DNA of 64,000 nt from Candidatus Micrarchaeota archaeon (GTDB taxonomy: Archaea > Micrarchaeota > Micrarchaeia > Anstonellales > Bilamarchaeaceae), in assembly GCA_018812625.1 (NCBI GenBank), contig JAHJDH010000033.1, positions 3,622 through 67,621 on the forward strand, read 5' to 3'. The notes under the pieces were generated by a model. The model saw only the letters and a program-made list of their open reading frames with translations. It had not been told where the DNA came from and made no database searches. A program made the translations under genes and the position numbers. This document shows positions 47,443 to 56,455 of the stretch, one piece after another. Positions within the stretch are counted from its first letter, which is position 1. Each line of letters starts with the position of its first letter.

Positions 47443-47521
47443 AAAACTGCAAAACTCGGAACAGAAAACTGCAGAACTCACGACGTAAAACCCACAACTC
47501 TAAACCCTAAACTCAAAACTG
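47443..47521 (+). repeat. Degenerate heptamer array (consensus ~AAAACTC) abutting attR
   Basis: AAAACTG, AAAACTC, AAAACTG, AGAACTC, AAAACCC, ACAACTC, TAAACCC, TAAACTC, AAAACTG. Confidence 0.75.
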
Positions 47522-47526
47522 AATTG

Positions 47527-47549
47527 CTCGCCGGGCCCATTTTCTTATT
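47527..47549 (+). repeat. attR core (duplicated tRNA-Ile 3' end)
   Basis: CTCGCCGGGCCCATTTTCTTATT. Confidence 0.92.
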
Positions 47550-47581
47550 ATCGGTTTGCAGTTTTGAGTATTGAAAAAACT

Positions 47582-48073
47582 TCAATGATCTTGTGCCAGA
47601 GCATCCATATCATATCGTATCCCATTAGATATCCTAATCTTACGTAAATCTATGATGATTTCTCTAACATATCTTTTCATAAGCTGAATCTCCTTTTCGC
47701 TAATTTCAATAGTATGACCTGGTTTAGAAAATACTTTTTTCGACAATATCTGAATTTCTCCATCAACTGACCGTGGTTCGCAGTGTGCAATCTCATTTCG
47801 AAATTCGACTATCTTTTTCAGTTTTTTATAAACATTATCACCTAACTTTTTATTTACTTTTTCTGTTTTGCAAATGGATGAGAAAATGGGGAGTTTTGGT
47901 CCAAAAGTCAACCTCTCAAAAAATGTTTCTCTAAATAACTGTCTTTTTTTATAATTTGATTGAGAAAAATAATCAAGAATGAAATTTTCTATTTCAGTTT
48001 CAGCAATGATTGAATATTGAATTATTTTTCCACATCTTATAAAAAATTCAGTATGTTTTTTAGGTTCCATCAT
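47582..48073 (-). CDS. HEPN-motif protein (possible RNase)
   Basis: Helical protein with FRNEIAH (RxxxxH) and upstream conserved-type Glu. Confidence 0.6.
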   Translation of the reverse strand: MMEPKKHTEFFIRCGKIIQYSIIAETEIENFILDYFSQSNYKKRQLFRETFFERLTFGPKLPIFSSICKTEKVNKKLGDNVYKKLKKIVEFRNEIAHCEPRSVDGEIQILSKKVFSKPGHTIEISEKEIQLMKRYVREIIIDLRKIRISNGIRYDMDALAQDH

Positions 48074-48184
48074 TCCTAATTGTTTAGATATGAATAAAAA
48101 ACGGGTCTGGAAATAATTGATCTCGTATATTTATGATAATGTTAAATCTTTGATGATCCTAACATATTACGAGAGGTATAATCA

Positions 48185-48577
48185 ATGGACATGGACAAGA
48201 TTCTTTCTATCAAAAATGTTCCAACTGGCTGTATGATAATTGCAGCCCTAGCTATAACTGGCGGACTCTCACAACCAGAAAATCTTTTCATTTGGCTTTC
48301 AGTTGGAGGGGTTTCATTTGTTTTTGGGCTAATTACATTTGCGTTAAATTACCTAATTAGAAAACACGAAGCCGACCAAAAACTCAAAACAGAAAAAATT
48401 AAATCAAAAAGGCAAAAAGACCAATCAAGACACAGAGAAACTCAACTTAATAAAAAACTCACAGCCGAATCTCAAAAAACACAGAGAGAATACTTACGTA
48501 GAGAAAGGGCGCAGATGAATATTCAATCTACTAATACTGATAATGCTTGGAAAACAATAAGAGGTTTATTTAGATGA
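48185..48577 (+). CDS. Hypothetical two-TM protein with coiled coil
   Basis: GAGGT SD; two hydrophobic helices then basic coiled coil. Confidence 0.6.
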   Translation: MDMDKILSIKNVPTGCMIIAALAITGGLSQPENLFIWLSVGGVSFVFGLITFALNYLIRKHEADQKLKTEKIKSKRQKDQSRHRETQLNKKLTAESQKTQREYLRRERAQMNIQSTNTDNAWKTIRGLFR

Positions 48578-48695
48578 AAAACATGGGAACTCCCAGAAAG
48601 AAGTTCAAAAAGCAGCAAGGTTCCTTGTATTTTTCCTAACTCGAAGCAGCTAAAAGTTAATAGCTATTGATGAAATTATCTATCAAGGTGAAAAT

Positions 48696-49103
48696 ATGAA
48701 ATATTTGATCATGTTTGCAGTTCTTTTGTTTGCAGGATGCCTGGGTGAGGCTTCAGAAGACAATACGAATGCTGATGCAAATGACAATACCCTGAGCGTG
48801 GGATCTGACAAAACAACCGAACCCGAGGATAAGAGCGGAACAATAACAACAGGAAGCTTTGAGCAGTGCATTGACCAATGCTCATCCGGAATTGGCAGTG
48901 GTGAATACTGCGAGGATGGCTGCAGATTCGAAAAAGCAGAAAATACCAAGGATGTATCCGTCTGCCATGAGCTTGATCAAAAAGACAGTATTCCAGAGTG
49001 CTATGGTACTGTTGCAATTGCAGCTGGAGACATTAAAATCTGTGATCAGTTAGCTGAGCAGGAAGATCGAAACCACTGCGTTGCAGCATTTTCCCCAAGA
49101 TAA
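48696..49103 (+). CDS. Cys-rich lipoprotein
   Basis: Lipobox LFAGC, eight further Cys; AGGTGA SD. Confidence 0.75.
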   Translation: MKYLIMFAVLLFAGCLGEASEDNTNADANDNTLSVGSDKTTEPEDKSGTITTGSFEQCIDQCSSGIGSGEYCEDGCRFEKAENTKDVSVCHELDQKDSIPECYGTVAIAAGDIKICDQLAEQEDRNHCVAAFSPR

Positions 49104-49129
49104 TTATTTTTTTCAATTTTTTCAGAATA

Positions 49130-49819
49130 TTACCAGTGTTTTAACTTGAATTTAATCAGACTAATACCCATCATAAATCCATCTCTAAGAAGATTGAATT
49201 TGGATGTTCCAGCTTCATTCCATTCAATTGGGATTTCTTTTATTTTCAGTTTCTTCCATTGGGCTCTAACTAAAAATTCAGCATCAAAGAACCATCTTTG
49301 ATCATCTATTTTTTCAAAAATACCAACTGCTTCTTTTCTCCTGAATGCCTTGAACCCGCACTGGTGATCTGAGATTTTTGACCCCAAAAGAAGGCGCACC
49401 AGCCAGTTGAAGCATTTGCTTGCAACATGCCTAAAAAAATCTCTTGATGTTTTTGATCCTTTAAGATATCTGGATGCAACTACAATGTCTGCTCCTTCTT
49501 TGATGGGAGCAATGAGTTTTTCCAGGAATTTAGGTTCTGATGCAAGATCTGCATCCATAAAGATTATGATATCTCCAGTTGCAAATTTTGCTGATCTGAT
49601 AATTGATGCTCCTTTTCCTAATCTTTTTTTACTATGAAGAAGCCTGATTTGCGAATTCTCGAGTCTTTTTGCAATCTCAACTGTTTTATCCGTGCTTCCG
49701 TCTTCACTGATAATTATCTCTGTTTTTTCAGGTATTTTGGCAAGTATCCGCTCAATCTGTTTAACTGTAGCCTCTAGTATTTTCTCTTCATTGTAAACTG
49801 GGAGGATTACAGAGATCAT
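49130..49819 (-). CDS. GT2 dolichyl-phosphate hexosyltransferase-like
   Basis: SVILPVYNE, EDGSTD, GKG, MDAD, DHQCGFKAF, WFFDAE. Confidence 0.9.
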   Translation of the reverse strand: MISVILPVYNEEKILEATVKQIERILAKIPEKTEIIISEDGSTDKTVEIAKRLENSQIRLLHSKKRLGKGASIIRSAKFATGDIIIFMDADLASEPKFLEKLIAPIKEGADIVVASRYLKGSKTSRDFFRHVASKCFNWLVRLLLGSKISDHQCGFKAFRRKEAVGIFEKIDDQRWFFDAEFLVRAQWKKLKIKEIPIEWNEAGTSKFNLLRDGFMMGISLIKFKLKHW

Positions 49820-49877
49820 ATGGTTATATCATTTGATTAGCCCTTAATAAATTGTCCGTATGCCATACCTCTCAAAA

Positions 49878-50645
49878 TCAGCTTATTTTTCCAAGAACTG
49901 TCGCAATGGTCTCCAAAGTCTTGAGAATCAAAATCCCTATCATAAGAATTGGCTTGCTATAGAATCTCTTATTTGCAAAAAACAATTTCAATCTATAAAA
50001 AACGCTTGTGTGTTTGGATCTTGTTGCAGTTTTTCCATAATAGTACTTTTTCTTGAGCCATTTTCCAAGTTTAAATCCTTCTTCGTGATGCAGTATTCTG
50101 GATTTAATTCTGGTTCTAACATCAAATCCAAGTTTTTCTATTTTATCAGGTAGGGCTGCTTCTTCAAAAAATATCACTTCCTCATCGAATCCGCCGGCTT
50201 TCCTTGCTGTTTCCAATCTGAAAAATCTTGCTGATTCAATTGTGCTTCCAGAATAAAAACTGCGTTCATAGTCTCTGACTTTGACCCAGAATGTTTTTCC
50301 AATACTTCTCTCTGGGATAACCACGCCTCCAGTTTTTGGGCTCATCCTCTCTACACATTCACTGATTACATGTTTCTCAAGTTCCATATCCGAGTCAATA
50401 AAAAAAATATATTCTCCTTTGGCATTAGCTATTCCAATATTCTTTGCCTTGGCTCTCTCTCCTTTATCCAGAATTAGTTTGGCAGAATATTTTTTTGCAA
50501 TTTTTCCTGTTTTATCATGGGAAAACTTATCAACAACAATAATTTCTATTTTATCATAACTTTGTCCTTTGATGGACTCTAGACATCTGGAAATTTCCTT
50601 CTCACTATTGAATGTAGGAATAACTACAGAGACAAGCTCTCCCAT
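49878..50645 (-). CDS. GT2 glycosyltransferase
   Basis: VSVVIPTFN, VVDKFSHD, IDSD, GGFDE. Confidence 0.9.
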   Translation of the reverse strand: MGELVSVVIPTFNSEKEISRCLESIKGQSYDKIEIIVVDKFSHDKTGKIAKKYSAKLILDKGERAKAKNIGIANAKGEYIFFIDSDMELEKHVISECVERMSPKTGGVVIPERSIGKTFWVKVRDYERSFYSGSTIESARFFRLETARKAGGFDEEVIFFEEAALPDKIEKLGFDVRTRIKSRILHHEEGFKLGKWLKKKYYYGKTATRSKHTSVFYRLKLFFANKRFYSKPILMIGILILKTLETIATVLGKIS

Positions 50646-50696
50646 GATCAGACTTATGCTCCTGTTCTTTTAAAACTAATCTTGAATTATTACCCC

Positions 50697-51455
50697 ATGC
50701 CTAAAACTGATGAGGAAGCAATAACATTGTTTCTCAATGATTTTGTTAATCAGCTGACCTCTATCTATCCTTCTGAAATCCAATATATAATATTAGCTGG
50801 AAGCGCATCCAGGGGAGATTTTGTCTTAGGCAAAAGCGATCTTGATATGGGCATAATCATCAAGGAAACAAAAAATGTTGCTAAGGTGAAGAAGTCTGCC
50901 CTTGAAATCTTTTGGAAGCTTGATGCGAAGCAAAATATGAAATTTAAACAGTCTCTTAGTGTTCCAAATGGGCAGTATAAGCCTCCATTTGATGTTGTTG
51001 GGCCAGAAGGAAACCCAAAAAAAAGAGATCTGTTTGCACTAATCTCTCCATTTTTCGGGTATCAAAGGGCAATGCTCCAACATACGGTTCGCTATGGAAA
51101 AATTCTCTATGGGGATGATTCCGTGCTCAAGCTCTTCAAAAAAAGATATTCGAAATGGGGCCTATTCAAGATCCTCTTCTCATATGACTTGTTTCTCTCA
51201 ATATTTTCTGTTTTTTCTTTTTTCATAGATCCAGATCAATCACTAAGAAGATCAACGCGTGCTCTTCTCTATACTTTCGAGGATGATCTCTCCCACCCAT
51301 TATTCAAGAAAGCAAGTCTAACAAGGCTTAATTTTGACAAGATCATCAAGGAATGGTCTGTTTGGAGAAAGTTCTCATTTTGTCTATCTGTCCCGTTTAG
51401 TGTTCTCTCAAAAATAATCTCAGAAGTGTGGAAAAGGTTTAAAATTATTTTTTAG
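50697..51455 (+). CDS. Nucleotidyltransferase-domain protein
   Basis: ILAGSASRGDF..KSDLD pol-beta superfamily motif; YGKILYG. Confidence 0.75.
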   Translation: MPKTDEEAITLFLNDFVNQLTSIYPSEIQYIILAGSASRGDFVLGKSDLDMGIIIKETKNVAKVKKSALEIFWKLDAKQNMKFKQSLSVPNGQYKPPFDVVGPEGNPKKRDLFALISPFFGYQRAMLQHTVRYGKILYGDDSVLKLFKKRYSKWGLFKILFSYDLFLSIFSVFSFFIDPDQSLRRSTRALLYTFEDDLSHPLFKKASLTRLNFDKIIKEWSVWRKFSFCLSVPFSVLSKIISEVWKRFKIIF

Positions 51456-51495
51456 GGTAGACTTTTATTAATCGTTTTCTCCTATTTTATCACTT

Positions 51496-52707
51496 ATGCG
51501 AATTCCTCATACTCTCTGGCGGATTCTTGAACTTAAAAGAAACCAGTGGAAAAGCCAGGATGAATTTGAAGAAATGCAGCAGGAGCAATTAGTAAAGCTT
51601 GCAGATCACGCTTCACTAAATGTCCCATACTACAAGAATTTGAAAATCCGGGATATTGATGATCTTGCAGATCTTCCATCTCTAACCAGATCTGATTTTC
51701 TCAAAAATAAAGACTCTCTTATCAGCAGGACTGCCAATATGAATGACCTGATTGTAAGAAAAACTTCCGGATCATCCGGAACACCAATGAAGGTTCTTAT
51801 TGATTCAAAAGAGAATACGTATAGAAGCGCAAATAGCTATTATGCATTTTCTGAAGCTGGCATGAACCTATTAGATGATGTGGTGTTTATCTCCCATGCA
51901 TTAAGTTCGCCGCCAAGGTCTGCTTTTGTCAATTATCATTTCTTTGATATTCTGGAAACTGAAAGGGATCTGCTGCGCCAAATAAAAAAAATCAATCCAA
52001 ATATCCTTTGGGCGTATCCAAGTATTTTGGTTCTTCTTGCAAACAGAAATCAGAAGGAATCTTTCAATATCTCAATACCTCGGATATTTACTCAGGCCGA
52101 AATTCTCTCAGCTCCTGCAAGAGAGCTGCTAAAGCGTTCCTTTAATTCAGAAATCAGCGATTTTTATGCTTCTATGGAATTTGGAAGAATTGCATGGGAA
52201 TGCGAAGAAGGAAGCATGCATCTTTTATCCGATTCAATGATTGCAGAGGTTCTGGATCCTAGCGGAAAACCAATAAAAAATGGAAAACCTGGGAGGCTGG
52301 TCCTGACCCAGCTCTTCAAATATGCCATGCCGCTAATTCGCTATGAAATTGGAGATGAAGTTTCTATTGGAACAAAATGCAAATGCGGAAGAGGATCTCA
52401 CATCATATCATCAATCAAAGGCAGGCTCAATGTTCATGTAGTTCTGCCCAGTGGAAATCTTTATCCAGCAACATTCGTAGATACACTTCTTCGAAACCTG
52501 CCAAACCTTCTTGAATTTCAAATAGTTCAAAAGTCCAGGGACCTTCTGCTCATAAATGTAATTGAATCAAAACCAATGGATCCCAGCCAAATTGCAAAAG
52601 CAATCAATCTCGCAATGCCAGAGCCCATGGATATAGAAGTTGCTTTTGTTGATTCAATCAAAAGGGACAGATCCGGGAAATTCACTCATCTTATCTCTGA
52701 ATTATAA
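51496..52707 (+). CDS. Phenylacetate-CoA ligase/CapK-like enzyme
   Basis: VPYY, KTSGSSGTP, YASMEF, MPLIRYEIGD, CKCGR, SGKF. Confidence 0.88.
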   Translation: MRIPHTLWRILELKRNQWKSQDEFEEMQQEQLVKLADHASLNVPYYKNLKIRDIDDLADLPSLTRSDFLKNKDSLISRTANMNDLIVRKTSGSSGTPMKVLIDSKENTYRSANSYYAFSEAGMNLLDDVVFISHALSSPPRSAFVNYHFFDILETERDLLRQIKKINPNILWAYPSILVLLANRNQKESFNISIPRIFTQAEILSAPARELLKRSFNSEISDFYASMEFGRIAWECEEGSMHLLSDSMIAEVLDPSGKPIKNGKPGRLVLTQLFKYAMPLIRYEIGDEVSIGTKCKCGRGSHIISSIKGRLNVHVVLPSGNLYPATFVDTLLRNLPNLLEFQIVQKSRDLLLINVIESKPMDPSQIAKAINLAMPEPMDIEVAFVDSIKRDRSGKFTHLISEL

Positions 52708-52754
52708 TGCTCGGGCACGTCAGCGTTTTAAATTTCATCATTCATAGCCTAATT

Positions 52755-54014
52755 ATGGACTCCTCCTTTTTTCAAAGGCTGAAAATCTTTCTTTCTATAA
52801 GGCAGCAGCAATGGCAGTCCAAAGAAGATCTTGAAAAGATACAAATGAAAAAATTGCTTGAAACTCTGAATTCAGCTAGAAAAACCAAATTTTATGGAGG
52901 TGCTCTGGCCAAGTTCAAAAATAACGATCTTCTTGATGATTTATCTCACTTTCCAATAACCAGCAAAACAGATCTCTCAGCAGCACCAGAGGATTTCCTA
53001 AGAAGCAGTCTCGACAAATCAAAACTCATAGTAGAAACCACATCCGGCTCAACAGGAATTCCAAAAAAACTTTTTTTTGATTCGTATACTACTAATTATC
53101 GTGCTGCCCTTCTTGCCATGATACAGCTTGAATTCGGCAGAAGTCCATTTGATCTTTATGCAGAAGTCTCGCTAAAGACTCCGCCTCCATTTCCTCTTTC
53201 ATCACTAGGTCTTTATAGAAAATTATATCTTCCTCTTCTTGATGATGAAGAAAAGACATTTTCAACACTAAATGAAAAAAAGCCGGATATTCTTGCCTGG
53301 TACCCCTCAATGCTCACAATGATGGCAAAGATAAACGATGACAATGGAAATCCACTCAAGCTCAAAAAAGCATTTTCTGGCGGGGAACTACTAACAGGCC
53401 CATCAAGAAAGCTCATTGAAGATTCTTTTTCCTGCCAGGTGTTCAACCAATATGCTGCAACTGAAGTTGGTGCAATAGCATTTGAATGTCCGGAAGAGCA
53501 CAGTTTTCATATAAACTCAAATTCAGCTCTTGTTGAAATTGTGGATGATCAGGGAAATCCCAAAGAACAAGGGGTAGGTAGAATCATTATTACAAGCCTC
53601 ATTAATCAGTCCATGCCACTAATTCGCTATGATATTGGAGACCTTGGCAGCTGGGGAGGGGAATGTTCCTGTGGACGTGGTTTGCCAACTCTGGAATCAA
53701 TATCAGGGAGGGCCGATGACCTTGTTGTCCTTCCAAGTGGCAAAGTCAGATCAGCGCGTCACATCATTCCGCTGGATTTTCTGGACTCAGTAAAACAATA
53801 TCAGATTATTCAGGAATCTGAAGATCGCTTCACATTCAGGTATGTGCCAGCCAAATCTTCACTTTCACAGAAAGCACAGGAATATTTTGAAAATCAGATT
53901 CGTACCGGATGCCTTGGCGAGGATATTCATGTGGATTTTGAATCTGTGGATTCTATCAAACGCGGTAAAAGCGGAAAGCTGAGGAAAGTTATTTCTAAGC
54001 TCACAAAGAAATAA
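52755..54014 (+). CDS. Phenylacetate-CoA ligase/CapK-like enzyme
   Basis: TTSGSTGIP, GGELL, YAATEV, MPLIRYDIGD, CSCGR, GRADD, SGKL; alternative start 52707. Confidence 0.88.
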   Translation: MDSSFFQRLKIFLSIRQQQWQSKEDLEKIQMKKLLETLNSARKTKFYGGALAKFKNNDLLDDLSHFPITSKTDLSAAPEDFLRSSLDKSKLIVETTSGSTGIPKKLFFDSYTTNYRAALLAMIQLEFGRSPFDLYAEVSLKTPPPFPLSSLGLYRKLYLPLLDDEEKTFSTLNEKKPDILAWYPSMLTMMAKINDDNGNPLKLKKAFSGGELLTGPSRKLIEDSFSCQVFNQYAATEVGAIAFECPEEHSFHINSNSALVEIVDDQGNPKEQGVGRIIITSLINQSMPLIRYDIGDLGSWGGECSCGRGLPTLESISGRADDLVVLPSGKVRSARHIIPLDFLDSVKQYQIIQESEDRFTFRYVPAKSSLSQKAQEYFENQIRTGCLGEDIHVDFESVDSIKRGKSGKLRKVISKLTKK

Positions 54015-54060
54015 TATTATAATAAGGAAACCAGATAGTCTAGTTATCGAAGGTGGGCGA

Positions 54061-55269
54061 ATGCTGGAATTATCAATGATGCTTGCGAAGTTAAAGCTGA
54101 ATCAATGGAAAAGCGAGGATGAATTCAAGCAGATCCAGGAGCAGAAATTCAAGCAGCTTTTTTCCTATGCTAAAGAATATTCGCCTTACTACCGAAAAAC
54201 TCTGAAAGATTGCACGTTTTCTAATCTTGAGGATCTTCCTAATCTTCCACTAACTATGAAAAAATCACTACAGAGCGCTCCAGATGATTTTCTCAGCTCA
54301 AAATTTACTAAAAAATCTCTTATAAAATCATCGAGCTCAGGATCTACAGGAGTTCCAGTAGATATCTATCATGATAGGAGCGAGGCTCATTTTGGTCCTG
54401 GCTTTGAGCTTCATCAATTTACTGAAGCAGGAGTCAATCCCTTTGACAGCCAAATCCGCATAACCCACAATGACTACAAACAAAATTTCATCCAGAAACT
54501 TGGCATCTTCAGAAGAAAACACCTTCCGTTTTCCAATTCTCCGCAAAAAAATCTCCAAATCATAAAGCACGGACCGCAGAAAGTTCTGATTGGCTTTACA
54601 TCTGTTTTAGTTCCTCTTGCAAGAGCAAATCTGGAGACTCGCGCAAAAGCAAAAATAATCTTTACTTCTGGGGAAGTGCTCTCTGAATCTGATCGTAAAT
54701 TAATCAGCGAATCTTTCTCCTGCCCTGTCCGTGATATGTATGGATGCGTTGAAACTTCCTGGATCGCATGGGAATGCGAAGAAGGCAGCATGCATCTGTT
54801 TTCTGATTATCTGATTGCTGAAATTGTTGATGATGACTATCGTCCCACAAAAGGCTCTGGAAACATAGTAATCACTCCCCTCTGGAAACGATCAATGCCT
54901 CTTATCCGCTATTTCCTGACTGATCAGACTGCTATAGCAAAAAGGTGCAAATGCGGAAGGGGCTCTACTGTTATCAAACCAGTAATCGGAAGGGATGATG
55001 ATTTCATTGTTCTAAAAAACGGTTCAAAACTTTCTCCTGCTGTCATCTCATGCGCATTGAATGATGTTAATGTTAAGGAATACCAAATAGTGCAAAATGC
55101 AATTGATGATTTTGTCTTTAAGTATGTCCCGGCCAAGGGACTTGACCTTGTCAATCTCAAGAAAATTTTCAAAGATCAAATAGGCGATGCAAATATAGAA
55201 TTTGAGGAATTGGATAAAATTAGCTGTACCAGGACAGGGAAAAGGAAAAAAATCATTACCAGGATCTAA
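54061..55269 (+). CDS. Phenylacetate-CoA ligase/CapK-like enzyme
   Basis: SPYY, SSGSTGVP, SGEVL, YGCVET, MPLIRY, CKCGR, GRDDD, TGKR. Confidence 0.88.
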   Translation: MLELSMMLAKLKLNQWKSEDEFKQIQEQKFKQLFSYAKEYSPYYRKTLKDCTFSNLEDLPNLPLTMKKSLQSAPDDFLSSKFTKKSLIKSSSSGSTGVPVDIYHDRSEAHFGPGFELHQFTEAGVNPFDSQIRITHNDYKQNFIQKLGIFRRKHLPFSNSPQKNLQIIKHGPQKVLIGFTSVLVPLARANLETRAKAKIIFTSGEVLSESDRKLISESFSCPVRDMYGCVETSWIAWECEEGSMHLFSDYLIAEIVDDDYRPTKGSGNIVITPLWKRSMPLIRYFLTDQTAIAKRCKCGRGSTVIKPVIGRDDDFIVLKNGSKLSPAVISCALNDVNVKEYQIVQNAIDDFVFKYVPAKGLDLVNLKKIFKDQIGDANIEFEELDKISCTRTGKRKKIITRI

Positions 55270-56398
55270 TTTCTTCTCTTATCATTTCTTTTGTTTTTTC
55301 TGATCTTTTCCTCACCATCTTAAAATTTTCAGAGATCAAAATGCCAATTTCATTTCGCTTTTCTATTTTGCCCATTATTTTCTCAATATCTATTTCATCC
55401 ACTTTGCTCCAGCTATCTTTAGCAAAATCTCCAAGAACTTCTTTGAACTTGAATGTATTTCCAATTGCAAAGAAGGGCGTTGCGGAAAGTGTTCCAAGAA
55501 CAAGAGGATGCATCCTGCTGGATATTATGAATTCTGACCCTGCAACTAGTGCAGCAACCTCATCTGGATTCTGAACTATTCCAATTGACTTTGCATTGCT
55601 TTTTTCTGCAAGAATCTTGTTTATTTCAACATCTGCCCCGTTTGCAGGCATAAATACAACCTGAAATCCGGATTTTGCCACTTTTTTGCTAAGTTCTATC
55701 ATACTGCTGGCATATCTCTTGGACTTCACATTCTCAGCGCAAAATATCACTCTTTTTTCTCTTTTTGTTTTTTCTGGCTGTTTATATGTGAAAACAATAT
55801 CAGCTGTCAGTTTTGCTTTTTTCACTCCAATTTGTCTTAGAAGCCTGGCACTTTTCTCCTCACGAACAAAGATCAGATCAGCCATGTTCAAAAATAATGA
55901 AGCAAAGTTCCCATTCAAAAGCCCTTCGAAAGGCCCGAATGTTTGAGGAAGTATGATGATCTTCTTTTTTAGTATTTTTGCAAATAAAAACTCGCTAAAT
56001 GTTGTAACAAATCCGTATTTGGGACTTATAAAATCCCCTCCAGGACTGATCAAAACATCACAATTGAAAAATTCAATCAATGGTTTTTCAAATTCCCTGT
56101 TGAATAAAAAAAACTTTTTTCCGATGAAGCGGAAAACCAGTACTGATAGGATGTGAGATCCATATATGAACGGATAATTTAGTATGTCCAATCTGCTTTT
56201 CTTTTTAACTGGCCATGGCCATCTTTCAAGTTTTACATCCACTTCAGGGCATTTTTTTCTAGTGAATTTTGGATCTGATACCAATGCAGTTATTTCTGAT
56301 TTTGGAACAATCTCTCTCATCCATCTAATCGAAGTCTTGAGCAGTGCCATATCTCCGACATTTGGACTCCAAGAATGAGGTATGAGTATCTTCATCAC
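55256..56398 (-). CDS. Polysaccharide pyruvyl transferase family protein
   Basis: NVGDMA, SPGGD, PQTFGPF, FVREEKS, ADIVF, SSRMH. Confidence 0.88.
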   Translation of the reverse strand: MMKILIPHSWSPNVGDMALLKTSIRWMREIVPKSEITALVSDPKFTRKKCPEVDVKLERWPWPVKKKSRLDILNYPFIYGSHILSVLVFRFIGKKFFLFNREFEKPLIEFFNCDVLISPGGDFISPKYGFVTTFSEFLFAKILKKKIIILPQTFGPFEGLLNGNFASLFLNMADLIFVREEKSARLLRQIGVKKAKLTADIVFTYKQPEKTKREKRVIFCAENVKSKRYASSMIELSKKVAKSGFQVVFMPANGADVEINKILAEKSNAKSIGIVQNPDEVAALVAGSEFIISSRMHPLVLGTLSATPFFAIGNTFKFKEVLGDFAKDSWSKVDEIDIEKIMGKIEKRNEIGILISENFKMVRKRSEKTKEMIREEIRSW

Positions 56399-56455
56399 TC
56401 GGTATTCTGGTTGCAGCTTTTAAATATCTTCGATGATAGTCTTTTCTGAAAATTT

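Larger units (their letters stand above)
33961..47549. mobile_element. Integrative defence island at the 3' end of tRNA-Ile
   Basis: 23-bp direct repeat at both ends; adjacent tyrosine integrase; cargo of restriction-like genes. Confidence 0.9.

Noticed and set aside
47443..47521. CRISPR array
   Set aside because: Repeats are 7-nt degenerate units with no spacers, and no cas genes are in the window.
47404..47574. SSV1-style split integrase: ORF MKSAKKKFRKQQ... reads through attR and could be an N-terminal fragment
   Set aside because: In the reconstructed attP this frame hits TAA just after the core. The integrase frame is open through attL but is blocked by TAA at 47501 on the attR side, so no in-frame fusion forms without a frameshift.
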